Source: Octopus bimaculoides
Taxonomy: Eukaryota
DNA: 39,663 nt
Direction: 5' to 3'
Assembly (NCBI RefSeq): GCF_001194135.2
Contig: NC_069003.1
Span: forward strand, 27,321,748 to 27,361,410
Shown: positions 10,136-20,491 of the stretch, one piece after another
How the letters are laid out: every line of letters starts with the position of its first letter
How positions within the stretch are numbered: the first letter of the stretch is position 1
Notes under the pieces: generated by a model
Databases searched by the model: none
The model's input: the letters and a program-made list of their open reading frames with translations, nothing else
Told to the model about the DNA's origin: nothing
Made by a program: the position numbers and the translations under genes

Positions 10136-11158
10136 CAGTGGTTCTCAACCATTTTTTTCATCTATGGACTCCTTTGATTCGTATCTTACTCAAATGGACC
10201 CTCGTTGCCCATTCAATATTTAAAAAATCTCGTTATATTTTCATAATTAAATATTGTTAGGAATTGTATAAAAAAATGTCGTTAAAATATTTTATGTATT
10301 GTTATGGAGTGGGAGCCCTAAGCAGTGATGTGTATAAATGCAATGATATTCCTAGTTCAAGTATGCCTGTGGCACATTCGAGCCTGTAAACAAACCATTC
10401 ACTGTTATATGTTGGAGGAAATTTCTTGCTGTAAATACACCTAAATCAGGTCTCAGTGCAACCTACCCAGACTGTGAGATGCTAGCATTTCAGAGTGATT
10501 ATCACCTCTTCAGTAACAGACACCGAACAGGGTGCACTGCAAGCTGACAAGAGAGATTGTCTCTCTTATGTTATTCCGGTCATTTTATGATGACTGGTCG
10601 CGCCAATCGATGGCTCAATGTAAACAAATTGTTGTGTGGGAGCACTAAGCAGTGACATGTATAAATACAATGGCACTGTGAGCTGATTTAGTTGTCTACA
10701 GTGACAAATTTTCTCCATGACAAAATGCAGTAAATGACTTGCTTATGGGTCCAAACATGCTTTTAGCATATTCAAACTGGCAATAAAATTACATTTTTAC
10801 ACATAGCTGCTTAGTGCTCCCATTGTGTAATTTGTTTACGGTCAGCTACTGATTGATACTACCAGTCACTGTACAATGGCAGGCATATCATAAGAGAGAC
10901 AACTTCACATATCGGCATGCAGCGCACCCTGTTTGGTTTCTGTAACTGAAGTGGAGATAACCACTCCAAAATGCTAGCATCTCACAGCTTTGGTAGGTGG
11001 CACTGCATGCTGATTTAGGTATACTTACAGCATTTGTCTACAGCGAGAACTGATAATAACTTTGCATTTATGCATTGTAGAAATATAACCATGAATTTTA
11101 ATGACAAAATTTTATATGGACCCCCAAAGGTCATATAGACCCTGACTAAGAACCACTA
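10136..11158. mobile_element. Non-autonomous hAT (Charlie-like) element containing a long internal fold-back
   Basis: TIRs cagtggttctcaac / aagaaccacta; 8-bp TSD gtctagat (10128-10135) and ttctagat (11159-11166) fit the hAT-Charlie NTCTAGAN target; ends match the short copy at 16275-16493. Confidence 0.85.
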
Positions 11159-11375
11159 TTCTAGATCCTTCTGGTGAGTAGTGATAATTTATGAGTAGAT
11201 TACATTAGCCTATGCTATATCATGTTGAGTGATGATAGTTTATTTTATTTTTTTAATTTTCTGAAGTTTGTAATCTTACATGGAGGTCTACCAGTCCAAG
11301 TCTAAAATAGTGTTTCAAATTACACACACCCTTTCTATTTTGTATATTTATTTTATGTTTCCCTACTCTTTGCAG

Positions 11376-11450
11376 ATCACTGGGATATGAATTAGATTAC
11401 GGTACAGTTGGAGCTGTCTCGGGTATATTCAATTCATGTTTTTCTTTGGG
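11376..11450 (+). CDS. SLC18B1: SLC18B1-like exon 11 (SLGYELDYGTVGAVSGIFNSCFSLG)
   Basis: ctctttgcag| acceptor, |gtaagc donor, 75 nt, phase 2/2; T.G.VSG.F.S motif. Confidence 0.9.
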
Positions 11451-11576
11451 GTAAGCAGGGTTTGTTTATATTTTTTATTGTGTATATAGCACATATATAT
11501 ACATATATATACATATATATATTTCTTCACTCATTTATCATTGTTCATATTTTATCACAGCATGATAAGTTCAAAA

Positions 11577-11617
<41 letters not shown>

Positions 11618-11760
11618 TAGTAAATGTTTTTATTTTTCATTCCTTTTCGAAATTATCCCTAATTTGTGGTGTAGAGCTTTGGCTGTTCTTTCTAGCGGGT
11701 CAGATGTCCTTTTATGGGTATCTATGATGTGTATTAAATGTACACTGTATTTTACATGAA

Positions 11761-11796
<36 letters not shown>

Positions 11797-11817
11797 TGTT
11801 ATTGTTTCTTCCTACAG

Positions 11818-11911
11818 AGCCTTTGTAGGACCGTTCGTTGGCGGTGCATTAAATGAAAAGCTGGGATTTGAGTGGGCTTCTGTTGTTGGATCTGGTTTTA
11901 TGTGTTTTGCT
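11818..11911 (+). CDS. SLC18B1: SLC18B1-like exon 12 (GAFVGPFVGGALNEKLGFEWASVVGSGFMCFA)
   Basis: cttcctacag| acceptor, |gtaagt donor, 94 nt, phase 2/0; GAF.GP..GG.L.EK.GFEW motif. Confidence 0.93.
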
Positions 11912-12060
11912 GTAAGTACAATCATGTATCTACTAATGAGTTGATATAAACATTTTAACTGTTGATACAATTATAGGTCATACAAATGAGTTCATATGAG
12001 TTCATATCAGGCAGCATGATATTCTGTTACAAAACACTGACTGATAATATTCACATTATA

Positions 12061-12272
12061 CAGGGTGTCCACAAAGACTGGGTACATGGAGTAAATAAAA
12101 TCATAACATAAACAATTGAATATAAGAAATAATAATTTCTTAAAGTATGTCTTAATCCCTATGTGGGTACATGGAGTAAATAAAATCATAATATAAACAA
12201 TTAAATATAAGAAATACTGATTTCTTAAAGTATGTGTTAAGCCCCTTGTACCCAGACTTTGTGGACACCCTG
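12061..12272. mobile_element. Tc1/mariner-type MITE with an internal tandem duplication of about 85 bp
   Basis: 26-bp TIRs cagggtgtccacaaagactgggtaca / tgtacccagactttgtggacaccctg (1 mismatch); TA on the left, TG on the right. Confidence 0.85.
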
Positions 12273-12449
12273 TGTTATAAAAGTGTATCAAATGTATATT
12301 CTTTTCTTTGTTATATTACAACACACACAGACACACTTATATAAATATATTCCACATTGAACTTTCCCGTCAGTTTCAATGTATGAGGATCTGACAACCT
12401 ACACTTTCTATTTCAGTTATAATGCTTATGTCAAATGTAGCATATGAGA

Positions 12450-12570
12450 ACTTTTATGCATTATGCAATCATCAGGTTTATGTAGTGACATGTGGAACTA
12501 CATAAATCTGTCACTACATTAACCTGTCATTACATAAACCTGATTATTGTGTAACACATGAAAATTTACA
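12450..12570. repeat. Short inverted repeat (MITE-like hairpin)
   Basis: caatcatcaggtttatgtagtgaca pairs with tgtcattacataaacctgattattg; an extra internal tgtcactacat copy is present. Confidence 0.7.
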
Positions 12571-12584
12571 CCGAATAAAATATA

Positions 12585-13400
12585 TTGTACATGCAAACAT
12601 TATTCAAATTTGGAACACAAAACAATAAACACTTTCAAAGATATGAACGAAATATTAATTTACAAATGATAGAAAAATATGTACACCCAAAAGGATTATT
12701 TGCTATATTCAATATTTGGTGTGACCATCCTTGCTTTCAATGGCTGCATTAAGTCTTCTGGGCATAGAGTTTACTAAATTTCCGCATATAACCAACAAAA
12801 TCGACCTCCATTTATCCTGAATGATGTCTTTCAATTGTGTTACATTAGTGTTTTTTCTCCTCAACCTTCCTTTTTAGAACACCCCACAGATGTTCTATTG
12901 AGTTTAAATCAGGTTATCTTATCTGATAAAAACTTAGTCATCATCTTTGAAGTGTGTTTAGGGTCGTTATCATCCTTGATGCTTTTCAACATTGTTTTCT
13001 GCAATATGTCACAATAAAGGCTTCAATCCATTGTTCTCTCAATAAATATGATTCTTCCTACACCAGCTGCACTCCTTCGTCCCCAAAGTATCACACTTCT
13101 GCCACCGTGATTCATGGTAGACATGGTACATTTGTTGCTTTATCTTCACCTGGTTGTCACCATACTCATTTAATACCATCTGACCCCAACAAGTTGATTT
13201 TAGTCTCATCAGAAAAAAGAATTTTATTCCCAAACTCCTTCCCCTTACTCACAAAGGTTTCGGCAAAAGAAAGACGACTTGATTTATGCCTGATAGTGAG
13301 GAGAGCCTTCCTATTAGAAATGCATCTATGAAAACCACACTGGTTCAAAGGTCACATAAGAATCTGTGTGTTCATTTGCATGTGCTTTGTTTAATGTGAG
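12585..13400 (-). pseudogene. Decayed Tc1-family transposase element
   Basis: Minus-strand remnants KILFSDETKINLLGSDG, DNDPKHTSK, PDLNSIEHLWG and LVNSMPRRLNAAIESKDGHTKY* (stop 12709-12711), with several stops and frameshifts; outer limits approximate. Confidence 0.88.
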
Positions 13401-14157
13401 AGCCATATTAGAGAACTCACAACACCCAGGCATCTATCTGAAGAGCACAAGTGAAATTTTCAGTCCTTGCCCTCATGAAAGGAAATACATTCTATCATAC
13501 CCGTGTGCCCTGTCGTGACTATAACCACCAGTTCCCCAACTTCAGCTTTCCTACCAAAGAATCTGGCAAAGAGTTTGACCTGAACACATTCGAATACTCT
13601 CACAGACACATACACGCTCTAACACAGTGGACATACACCCAATCGACCCTTTTTCCACCCTACTCCTCCAATATAAGCCCCTACACAAATACTCCAAAGA
13701 ATTTAAACAAAATATAAACAAAACACACAATAACTTATACATACACATTTATATATGTATATCTGTTTATATATATTTGTATAAGATATATATATATATA
13801 TATANNNNNNNNNNNNNNNNNNNNNNNNNNNNNNNNNNNNNNNNNNNNNNNNNNNNNNNNNNNNNNNNNNNNNNNNNNNNNNNNNNNNNNNNNNNNNNNN
13901 NNNNNNNNNNNNNNNNNNNNNNNNNNNNNNNNNNNNNNNNNNNNNNNNNNNNNNNNNNNNNNNNNNNNNNNNNNNNNNNNNNNNNNNNNNNNNNNNNNNN
14001 NNNNNNNNNNNNNNNNNNNNNNNNNNNNNNNNNNNNNNNNNNNNNNNNNNNNNNNNNNNNNNNNNNNNNNNNNNNNNNNNNNNNNNNNNNNNNNNNNNNN
14101 NNNNNNNNNNNNNNNNNNNNNNNNNNNNNNNNNNNNNNNNNNNNNNNNNNNNNNNNN

Positions 14158-14199
<42 letters not shown>

Positions 14200-14929
14200 T
14201 TCTATATGTGAAAGTGGATTTTCATCAATGAGTTTTCAATTGAAAGAGAAATAGGTAAACATGACTTATATAAATGTTTCTACATAATTTTTAAAATTTT
14301 TTATAAAGTCAAAACAATGAAAGTTATAAGAATAAATGTGTGTCGCTAGTTTGTAAAATTATAAACTTTCGACTTGTATTATTTCTTTTAATTTGCATTG
14401 TTTTCTGCTTTATAAAATAAATTTAAAAGCATTTATATGTGTCAAACCATGCTTTATGAAAACTATACTACTCTACTAATATATATATATATATATATAA
14501 TTTTGTTCCATAACGGCTACCTCTGAAGAGTGCAGGGTCACATAATCGGACTCTTACCAAACACTCTGTTGAACCCCTAGTACAAAAGCAGTTGATAAGA
14601 TTAGCCATAATGGATATATAATACTGGACACTTTGATTAATATGTATATGTGTGTGTGTGTTTCTGTGTGAGTGTGTGTGTGTGAGTGTATGTATATATA
14701 TGTACATATAATTATAGTTCTATATGCATATACATTTATATTATGTAAAAGAGCATGTACATACATTTGTAAATACATTTACATATATACTTCTAATTAT
14801 ATCCAACTTCATAAATGAGTTTATTCATGTGCATTATTAATAACATTTTATACATGGTTACATAAAATATTTTGCATACAGTGATACTACATTATGCTAT
14901 ACATACACACATACTCACATACCTGTGTG

Positions 14930-14962
<33 letters not shown>

Positions 14963-15020
14963 GTATATATATATGATAGATAGATAGATGATAGTAATAA
15001 TGATGATGATGATAATAATA

Positions 15021-15211
15021 ATAATCCTTTCTCCAGAAGACACAAGGCCTGAAATTTGGGGGGAAAGGACTAGTTGATTACATTGACCCCAGTTCATAAC
15101 CAGTACTTATTTCATCGACTCTGAAAAGAATAAGTACTAGGGGGTGTCAGTATAATCGACTGGTCCCCTCCCCAAAATTTCAGGCCTTGTACCTTCCGTA
15201 GAAAGGATTAT
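15021..15211. repeat. Head-to-head inverted pair of SINE A2 3' tails forming a hairpin of about 190 bp
   Basis: ataatcctttct/agaaaggattat, acaaggcctgaaattt/aaatttcaggccttgt and agtacttatt/aataagtact pair symmetrically. Confidence 0.85.
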
Positions 15212-15349
15212 TATTATGATTATCATCATCATCATCATCATCATTGTTATTATCATCATCGTTTATTGTGTATAGTGTCCAGGTGCACTACAACTTATCA
15301 TAAAAAGTAGCCAAAAGTGCATGGACTGATAGATAGATAGAATGACATA

Positions 15350-15652
15350 GATACACACACACATTCACACACATTCATCCACACACACATTCATGCACAT
15401 ACATGCATACACACACACACACATGCATACACACATGCATACACACACACGTTCATGCACATACATGCATACACATACACACACATGCATACACACATGC
15501 ATACACACACATGCATACATTTACACAAACACACACACACATGCATACACACACAAAAACACACACATGCATACACACACACATACACACACACAATCAC
15601 ACACACACACACGCATGCATACACACACATGCATGCATACACACACACACAC
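15350..15652. repeat. Compound (CA)/(CATA)/(TGCATACA) microsatellite
   Basis: Direct reading; source of the spurious His/Thr and Val/Cys ORFs. Confidence 0.9.
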
Positions 15653-15918
15653 TCCCATCATTTTATGTTTCATATCCCTCATCATCTGCTTCGTTATTCA
15701 TTACTTAATTATTCACTCTACATTTGTAATATCCTCTTAAATTCTGCTGCTGACGTTTTGGTTTACTTTTCCCTTCCAGTCACTTAACAGTCTCACTGTT
15801 ACCTTCTTGCTTTTCTGATCTTTCCATCTCTCCTTTTCTTTTCTCTCCCACCTTTCGTACACCATTCTCTCTCAATTCATTTCTGCCCTTGTTGATACCT
15901 TCATGTGTTACCCAACAG

Positions 15919-16033
15919 CTAAACCAATGCTTTGACCATTACCGTTGTATGGTCAAGAAGTATTGAGAGAAAAGAAATGACAGTAGCTGGTGGCCTTAAC
16001 ACTAATCAGTCTCAAGTGACCATTGAAGGTTGA
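15919..16033 (+). CDS. SLC18B1: Probable terminal coding exon of the SLC18B1-like gene, with an apparent +1 frameshift near its start
   Basis: cccaacag| acceptor at 15918. Read in phase 0 it gives LNQCFDHYRCMVKKY* (stop 15964-15966). Removing one A from the AAA run at 15921-15923 gives LTNALTITVVWSRSIERKEMTVAGGLNTNQSQVTIEG* (stop 16031-16033), which completes TM12. Confidence 0.5.
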
Positions 16034-16274
16034 CGTCTATGATAACCAGTACTAAATATTTTTTTCACATTGTTATTGTTGTTACTGAGCCACAGATCAA
16101 TCATGATTGAACAAACTAATGATCAAAAACATTCCAGCTGTGACCATCCTGTCTTAATATTTTGTGTAGGGAACTCCGAACCACATTAGCCAACGAATCC
16201 TTTTCTATGATGTTAGGTTGTGATTTAGGTGAGATTCGGCTGGTATTTCTAGTAACTCAGATGACTATTTTGAG

Positions 16275-16493
16275 CAGGGGTTTTCAACTATTTTCTTGCC
16301 TGGGACCCTTTGATCCCCTTTTTTGCTCTACTGGACTTTCATAACCATTCTCTGTACATATAATCAACCTTATTGTATTTTTGTAATTAAATATTATTAG
16401 GAATTGTATTAAAAAATCGAAACATTTTCTGTATTGCAACTAAATCTTCTATGGACCCCCAAAGGTCATATGAACCTCAGTTGAGAACCACTG
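16275..16493. mobile_element. hAT-type MITE (short member of the 10136-11158 family)
   Basis: TIRs caggggttttcaac / gttgagaaccactg; 8-bp TSD attttgag / atttagag. Confidence 0.85.
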
Positions 16494-16542
16494 ATTTAGA
16501 GGCTCCTTTATTACCTCATTTTATTTAAATTTGATAATAAGT

Positions 16543-16678
16543 TTATAGCAGAGACTCCAGCTGAGAAGATCTGATGAAGGAATTGTAATTCCGAAATATC
16601 ATCGGACTATAGATAACCAAATTACAACAGGTATATAGTCCATTTCGTGTTGTACCATTCTAAACTTTTATTCTTTAC
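16543..16678. mobile_element. Short insertion flanked by an 11-bp direct repeat; probable Penelope-like retroelement fragment
   Basis: tgataataagt at 16532-16542 and 16679-16689; contains the hammerhead-like motif. Confidence 0.45.
16568..16603 (+). ncRNA. Minimal type I hammerhead-ribozyme-like motif (Penelope pLTR type)
   Basis: GAT-CTGATGA-A-GGAAT-tgta-ATTCC-GAAATATC-ATC: intact core, 5-bp stem II, palindromic ATAT in place of stem III, but only a 3-bp stem I. Confidence 0.5.
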
Positions 16679-16982
16679 TGATAATAAGTAGTAGTAAATA
16701 TGTTTGGTGTTCAGGAAGTTGGGTGATGTGAATATGCTTCTCTGTATGTGTAACATTAGGGTGCATGAATGTCAGAGCACAAATGAACTGCAAGAAAAGT
16801 TAAATATCATAGTAATTAGATGTAGCGTTTGCAAGAGAGGACACTTCCCTGGTATGTCCTGCAACCCTGTGATGTGTGTGGAAGTTAACAGTTGAATAAA
16901 GATGTGCCAGGTGATCCAAGTGGAAAGAATTGTGGAAGCTGAAGATGTGGGAAGAAGTGGTGAAGGCCTATTGTTGGAGGTA

Positions 16983-17365
16983 GGTTGGGCCTTACACAAG
17001 AGAGAAGGTATTTCAACCAGTAGAAAACCTGTCACAGAAGGTTGGATCTCACAAAAGTGATATGGGTCTGCAGTCAGTGGAAAGTCTGTCACAAGAGGTT
17101 GGACCTTACAAAAGAGAGAAGGGACTTTAGTCAGAGGAAAGCCTGTCACAGAAGATTGGATATCTCAAAAGAGATGATAAGGGACTGCAATCAGTGGATG
17201 GCCTATAACAGGAGGTTGGACCTTACAAAAGGAGGAGGGACTTCAGTCAGTAGAAAGCCTGTTGCAGAAGGCTGGACTTAACAAAAAATATTAGGGATTT
17301 CAGTGGAAAGCTTACCACAAGAGGCTGAACCTCAAAAATAAGATAATAAGGGACTGCAATCAGTG
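16983..17365. repeat. Diverged tandem repeat of about 57 bp, about 7 units
   Basis: The anchor g(g/a)(t/c)tg(g/a) recurs at 16983, 17040, 17097, 17154, 17214, 17270 and 17323. Confidence 0.85.
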
Positions 17366-19372
17366 GTATTTGGGAACTAAGTTCAAATCCCACCCTTGGG
17401 AAATAGACTTAAATTGTTGCCTGATATACCCTGCCTCCTGGTCCTTGGGTGTCTATATCAAAGCCTGCAGTGAGGCAAGCATTCAGGCCAGTGCCTAGTT
17501 TAAGGATTGTTTTCCTTTAAGGGCCATCAATACTGCCTACCATCTTGATGAAGTGATAAAAATAAGTGGTACAAGATGACCTAATGGAAAAGATCTGTCC
17601 AACCCATGCAAGCATTGAAAAACGTGATAATGACCAGTGGTAAATATGTTGATGACTATTAACCCATGGCAGCTATATGTGTATAGTGATGACCACTAAT
17701 TAGGGGCAGCTATGTGTGTATGTGTGGTGATGACCACTGAGCAGTGACATATGTATGGTGACAACTTAATGTAAATGCTTGTTTGTCTTTCTAAAAATGG
17801 CAAAACCAAATTGGGTGTAATTGCCAACAACCTCTGCAGTACCACAGATATGTGTGTGTGTGTAGGTATATATATGTGTGTGTGTGGTATATATGTGTGT
17901 GTGAGTGTTTATATATAGATATGTGTATATAGTTATGTGTATGTATGCATGTATATATGTGTGTGTAGGTATATATATGTGTGTGTGTGTGGTGTATACA
18001 TGTGTCTGTGGTATATATGTGTGTGTGAGTGTTTATATATAGATGTGTGTATATATTTATGTGTATGTATGTATATATGTGTGTAGGTATATATATATAT
18101 ATATATGTGTGTGTGGTGTATACATGTTTGTGGTATATATATATGTGTGAGTGTTTATATATAGATGTATGTATATATTTATGTGTATGTATGTATGTAT
18201 ATGTATGTGTGTGTTGTTTCCTTGCCTTCATATCGCATAATAGTTGTACTATATAGAATATTAGCATAAATATGTATACAATATTCAACATAACTATACA
18301 ATGTTGGAGACATGATTATTATTATTATTATTATTATTAGGCAGTGAGCTGGTAGAATCTTTAGCAGCTGGGCAAAATGCTTGGCAGCATTTCATCCAAC
18401 TTTACATTCTCTGAGTTCAAATTCCACCTAGATCATCTTTGTCTTTCATCTTTTTGGGGTCAATAAATTAAGCACCTGTTGAACACTGGGATCGATATAA
18501 TTGATTAATAATTGATTAATCCATGCTCCTGAAATTGCTGGCCTTGTGCCAAAGTTTGAAACCATTATTTTTTGTTTTTTTCTTCCTATTTTGTTTTGAC
18601 ATTATCATCATAACTGCTGTGCCCTGTCCTGCGTTTGAACCGCATTAGGATAAATGTCAAGCCAAAGTTCATTTCAAGGTCAAGGTCAAAGATGTCCATC
18701 TCACACACATACACACACACACACACACAGAAATATACATGACCACATGCAGTGTTATTTTAGTTATGTAAGGCTATTAATTATCAATTGTTGGGCCTCA
18801 CAGAGGCTGTGATAAGTGACCAAGACCTTTGACAATATATCATGCTTACGAAGACTTGTCAAGCCAAATGAGATTGTAGTTGTGGCCAATGCCGGTGTTA
18901 CATAACTGTCACCTGTGCCAGTGGCACGTTAACAAGTACCCACTACACTCTTGGAGGGGTTGGCATTAGGAAGGGCATCCAGCCATAGAAACCATGCCAC
19001 ATCAGATTTTGGAACCTGGTGCATCTCTCCAGCTTACCAGTTTCCAGTCAAACCATCCAATCCATGCCAGCAAGGAAAACGGATGTTAAATGATAACGAT
19101 GATGCTGATTATTTATACCGGTAATAATGATATCATTAAGAGATCAGCAATCGATATCCATCACCAAATGCCTCACCCACACTCTGCACTTCACTCTGTA
19201 TTTGATGGCATAAAAGATGTATGAGTGTATTAGATGCACCCCCTATTTCAGCAGTACATCAAAAAAGAATAGTTTTTATTGCATTAAATGTTATGGGTGG
19301 CCTATTCTTTGCGTATAAGACTTGGGGTAATTTCTTTTTTTCTGTCTTTTTTTTTTTAAATATTTCTTTTCC

Positions 19373-19561
19373 ACCTTTTTCCATTTAAACCAACCATATT
19401 CAGTCCAAACATTCTACCTGTTTTATGTTTAAACTGGCTAGATCCAACATCTTACACCTACCCTACAATATCATTATAAAAATATTCGGCCCACATCATT
19501 GAAATCTCAAAACTACAAGATAAGCATTACACTTGGCAAAGTAATCTGAAATGCTAAAGGT
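19373..19561 (+). mobile_element. Second TTAA-type MITE family, degenerate; truncated relative at about 25600-25760
   Basis: The right end aaatgctaaaggt|ttaa mirrors ttaa|ccctttagcattt at 25596; internal sequences align by eye. Confidence 0.6.
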
Positions 19562-19896
19562 TTAAGAAAGAACTGTGTCTTAAATGCCATCAAATATGGG
19601 GAATTATTTATAACTAGCAAAAAAAAAAAACAATGAAATTAAAATTAAAAAAAAAAAAACTATAAAAAATATATTCTTTGAAATAAAACCAGAAAATGAA
19701 TTATAAAGAGAAAATCTATTTTTATTATTTTAATTAAATGATTTCACTAACTGAATTTGTTGTTATTTCTTCAGTTTTCTAAATTGTTGTTTAACCCTTG
19801 AATAATCCCTATGATCCAAAATATTTTAGCCATGACAGACCCATTTGCTTGTCTAGAATTACACTGTCCAGTATAACTGTGTTGTTTTTATTTCAA

Positions 19897-20117
19897 CCCT
19901 TTCGTTACCAACCCGGCTGAAACCGGCTCTGACTCCGAGTACAAATGTCTCGTTTGCATAAGTTTTGAATTAAAATCTTCCACGAAACCGTAGTCACAAT
20001 TTATGTTCCTAACACTAGCTGAATGATAACTAAGTTATTTTTGTAAATTCTTTGTTATATTTGAAATTAAATGAAAGAAACACAGAGCATCTCAACAGAA
20101 ATATGGTAATAAAAGGG
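19897..20117. mobile_element. piggyBac-type MITE, copy 1 (221 bp)
   Basis: tcaa|ccctttcgttacca ... tggtaataaaaggg|ttaa. Confidence 0.82.
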
Positions 20118-20270
20118 TTAAAGATGAAGTAATATCAATGTTGTGTAGGTTTAAGAGGACATCAGTTCATGATGAAATTTCTTTACAGTCACTTGACTGC
20201 TAAAAATAGCAGCCAAATTTTTTGTAAACATTCTTGGCAATCATTAACACTCTACCAGAGAACTATTTAA

Positions 20271-20491
20271 CTCTTTCGATACCAACCCAGCTGAAACCAG
20301 CTCTGGCTCTGTAATATAAATGTCTTGTTTTCATGAGTTTTGAATTAAAATCTTCCACCAAACCTTAGCCACAATTTATGTTCCTAACACCAGCTTAATG
20401 ATAACTAAGTTATTTTACTAAATTCTTTGTTATATTTAAAGTAATTGAAAGAAACACAGAGCATCTCAAAATAAATACTGTAACAAAAGGG
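20271..20491. mobile_element. piggyBac-type MITE, copy 2 (221 bp)
   Basis: ttaa|ctctttcgataccaa ... tgtaacaaaaggg|ttaa; colinear with copy 1. Confidence 0.85.

Noticed and set aside
10291-11077. tttatgtattg / tttatgcattg as a TSD of a nested element
   Set aside because: The right-hand copy is part of the inverted arm itself, so the match may be coincidental.
15780-15818. Alternative terminal exon at ccttccag| (SLNSLTVTFLLF*)
   Set aside because: Very short, inside a pyrimidine-rich stretch that looks like the tract for the 15918 acceptor, and gives no cytosolic tail. It cannot be fully excluded.
580-17365. Tandem arrays (22, 21 and 57 bp) as CRISPR-like repeats
   Set aside because: Units are adjacent, with no unique spacers and no cas genes, in a spliceosomal eukaryotic context.
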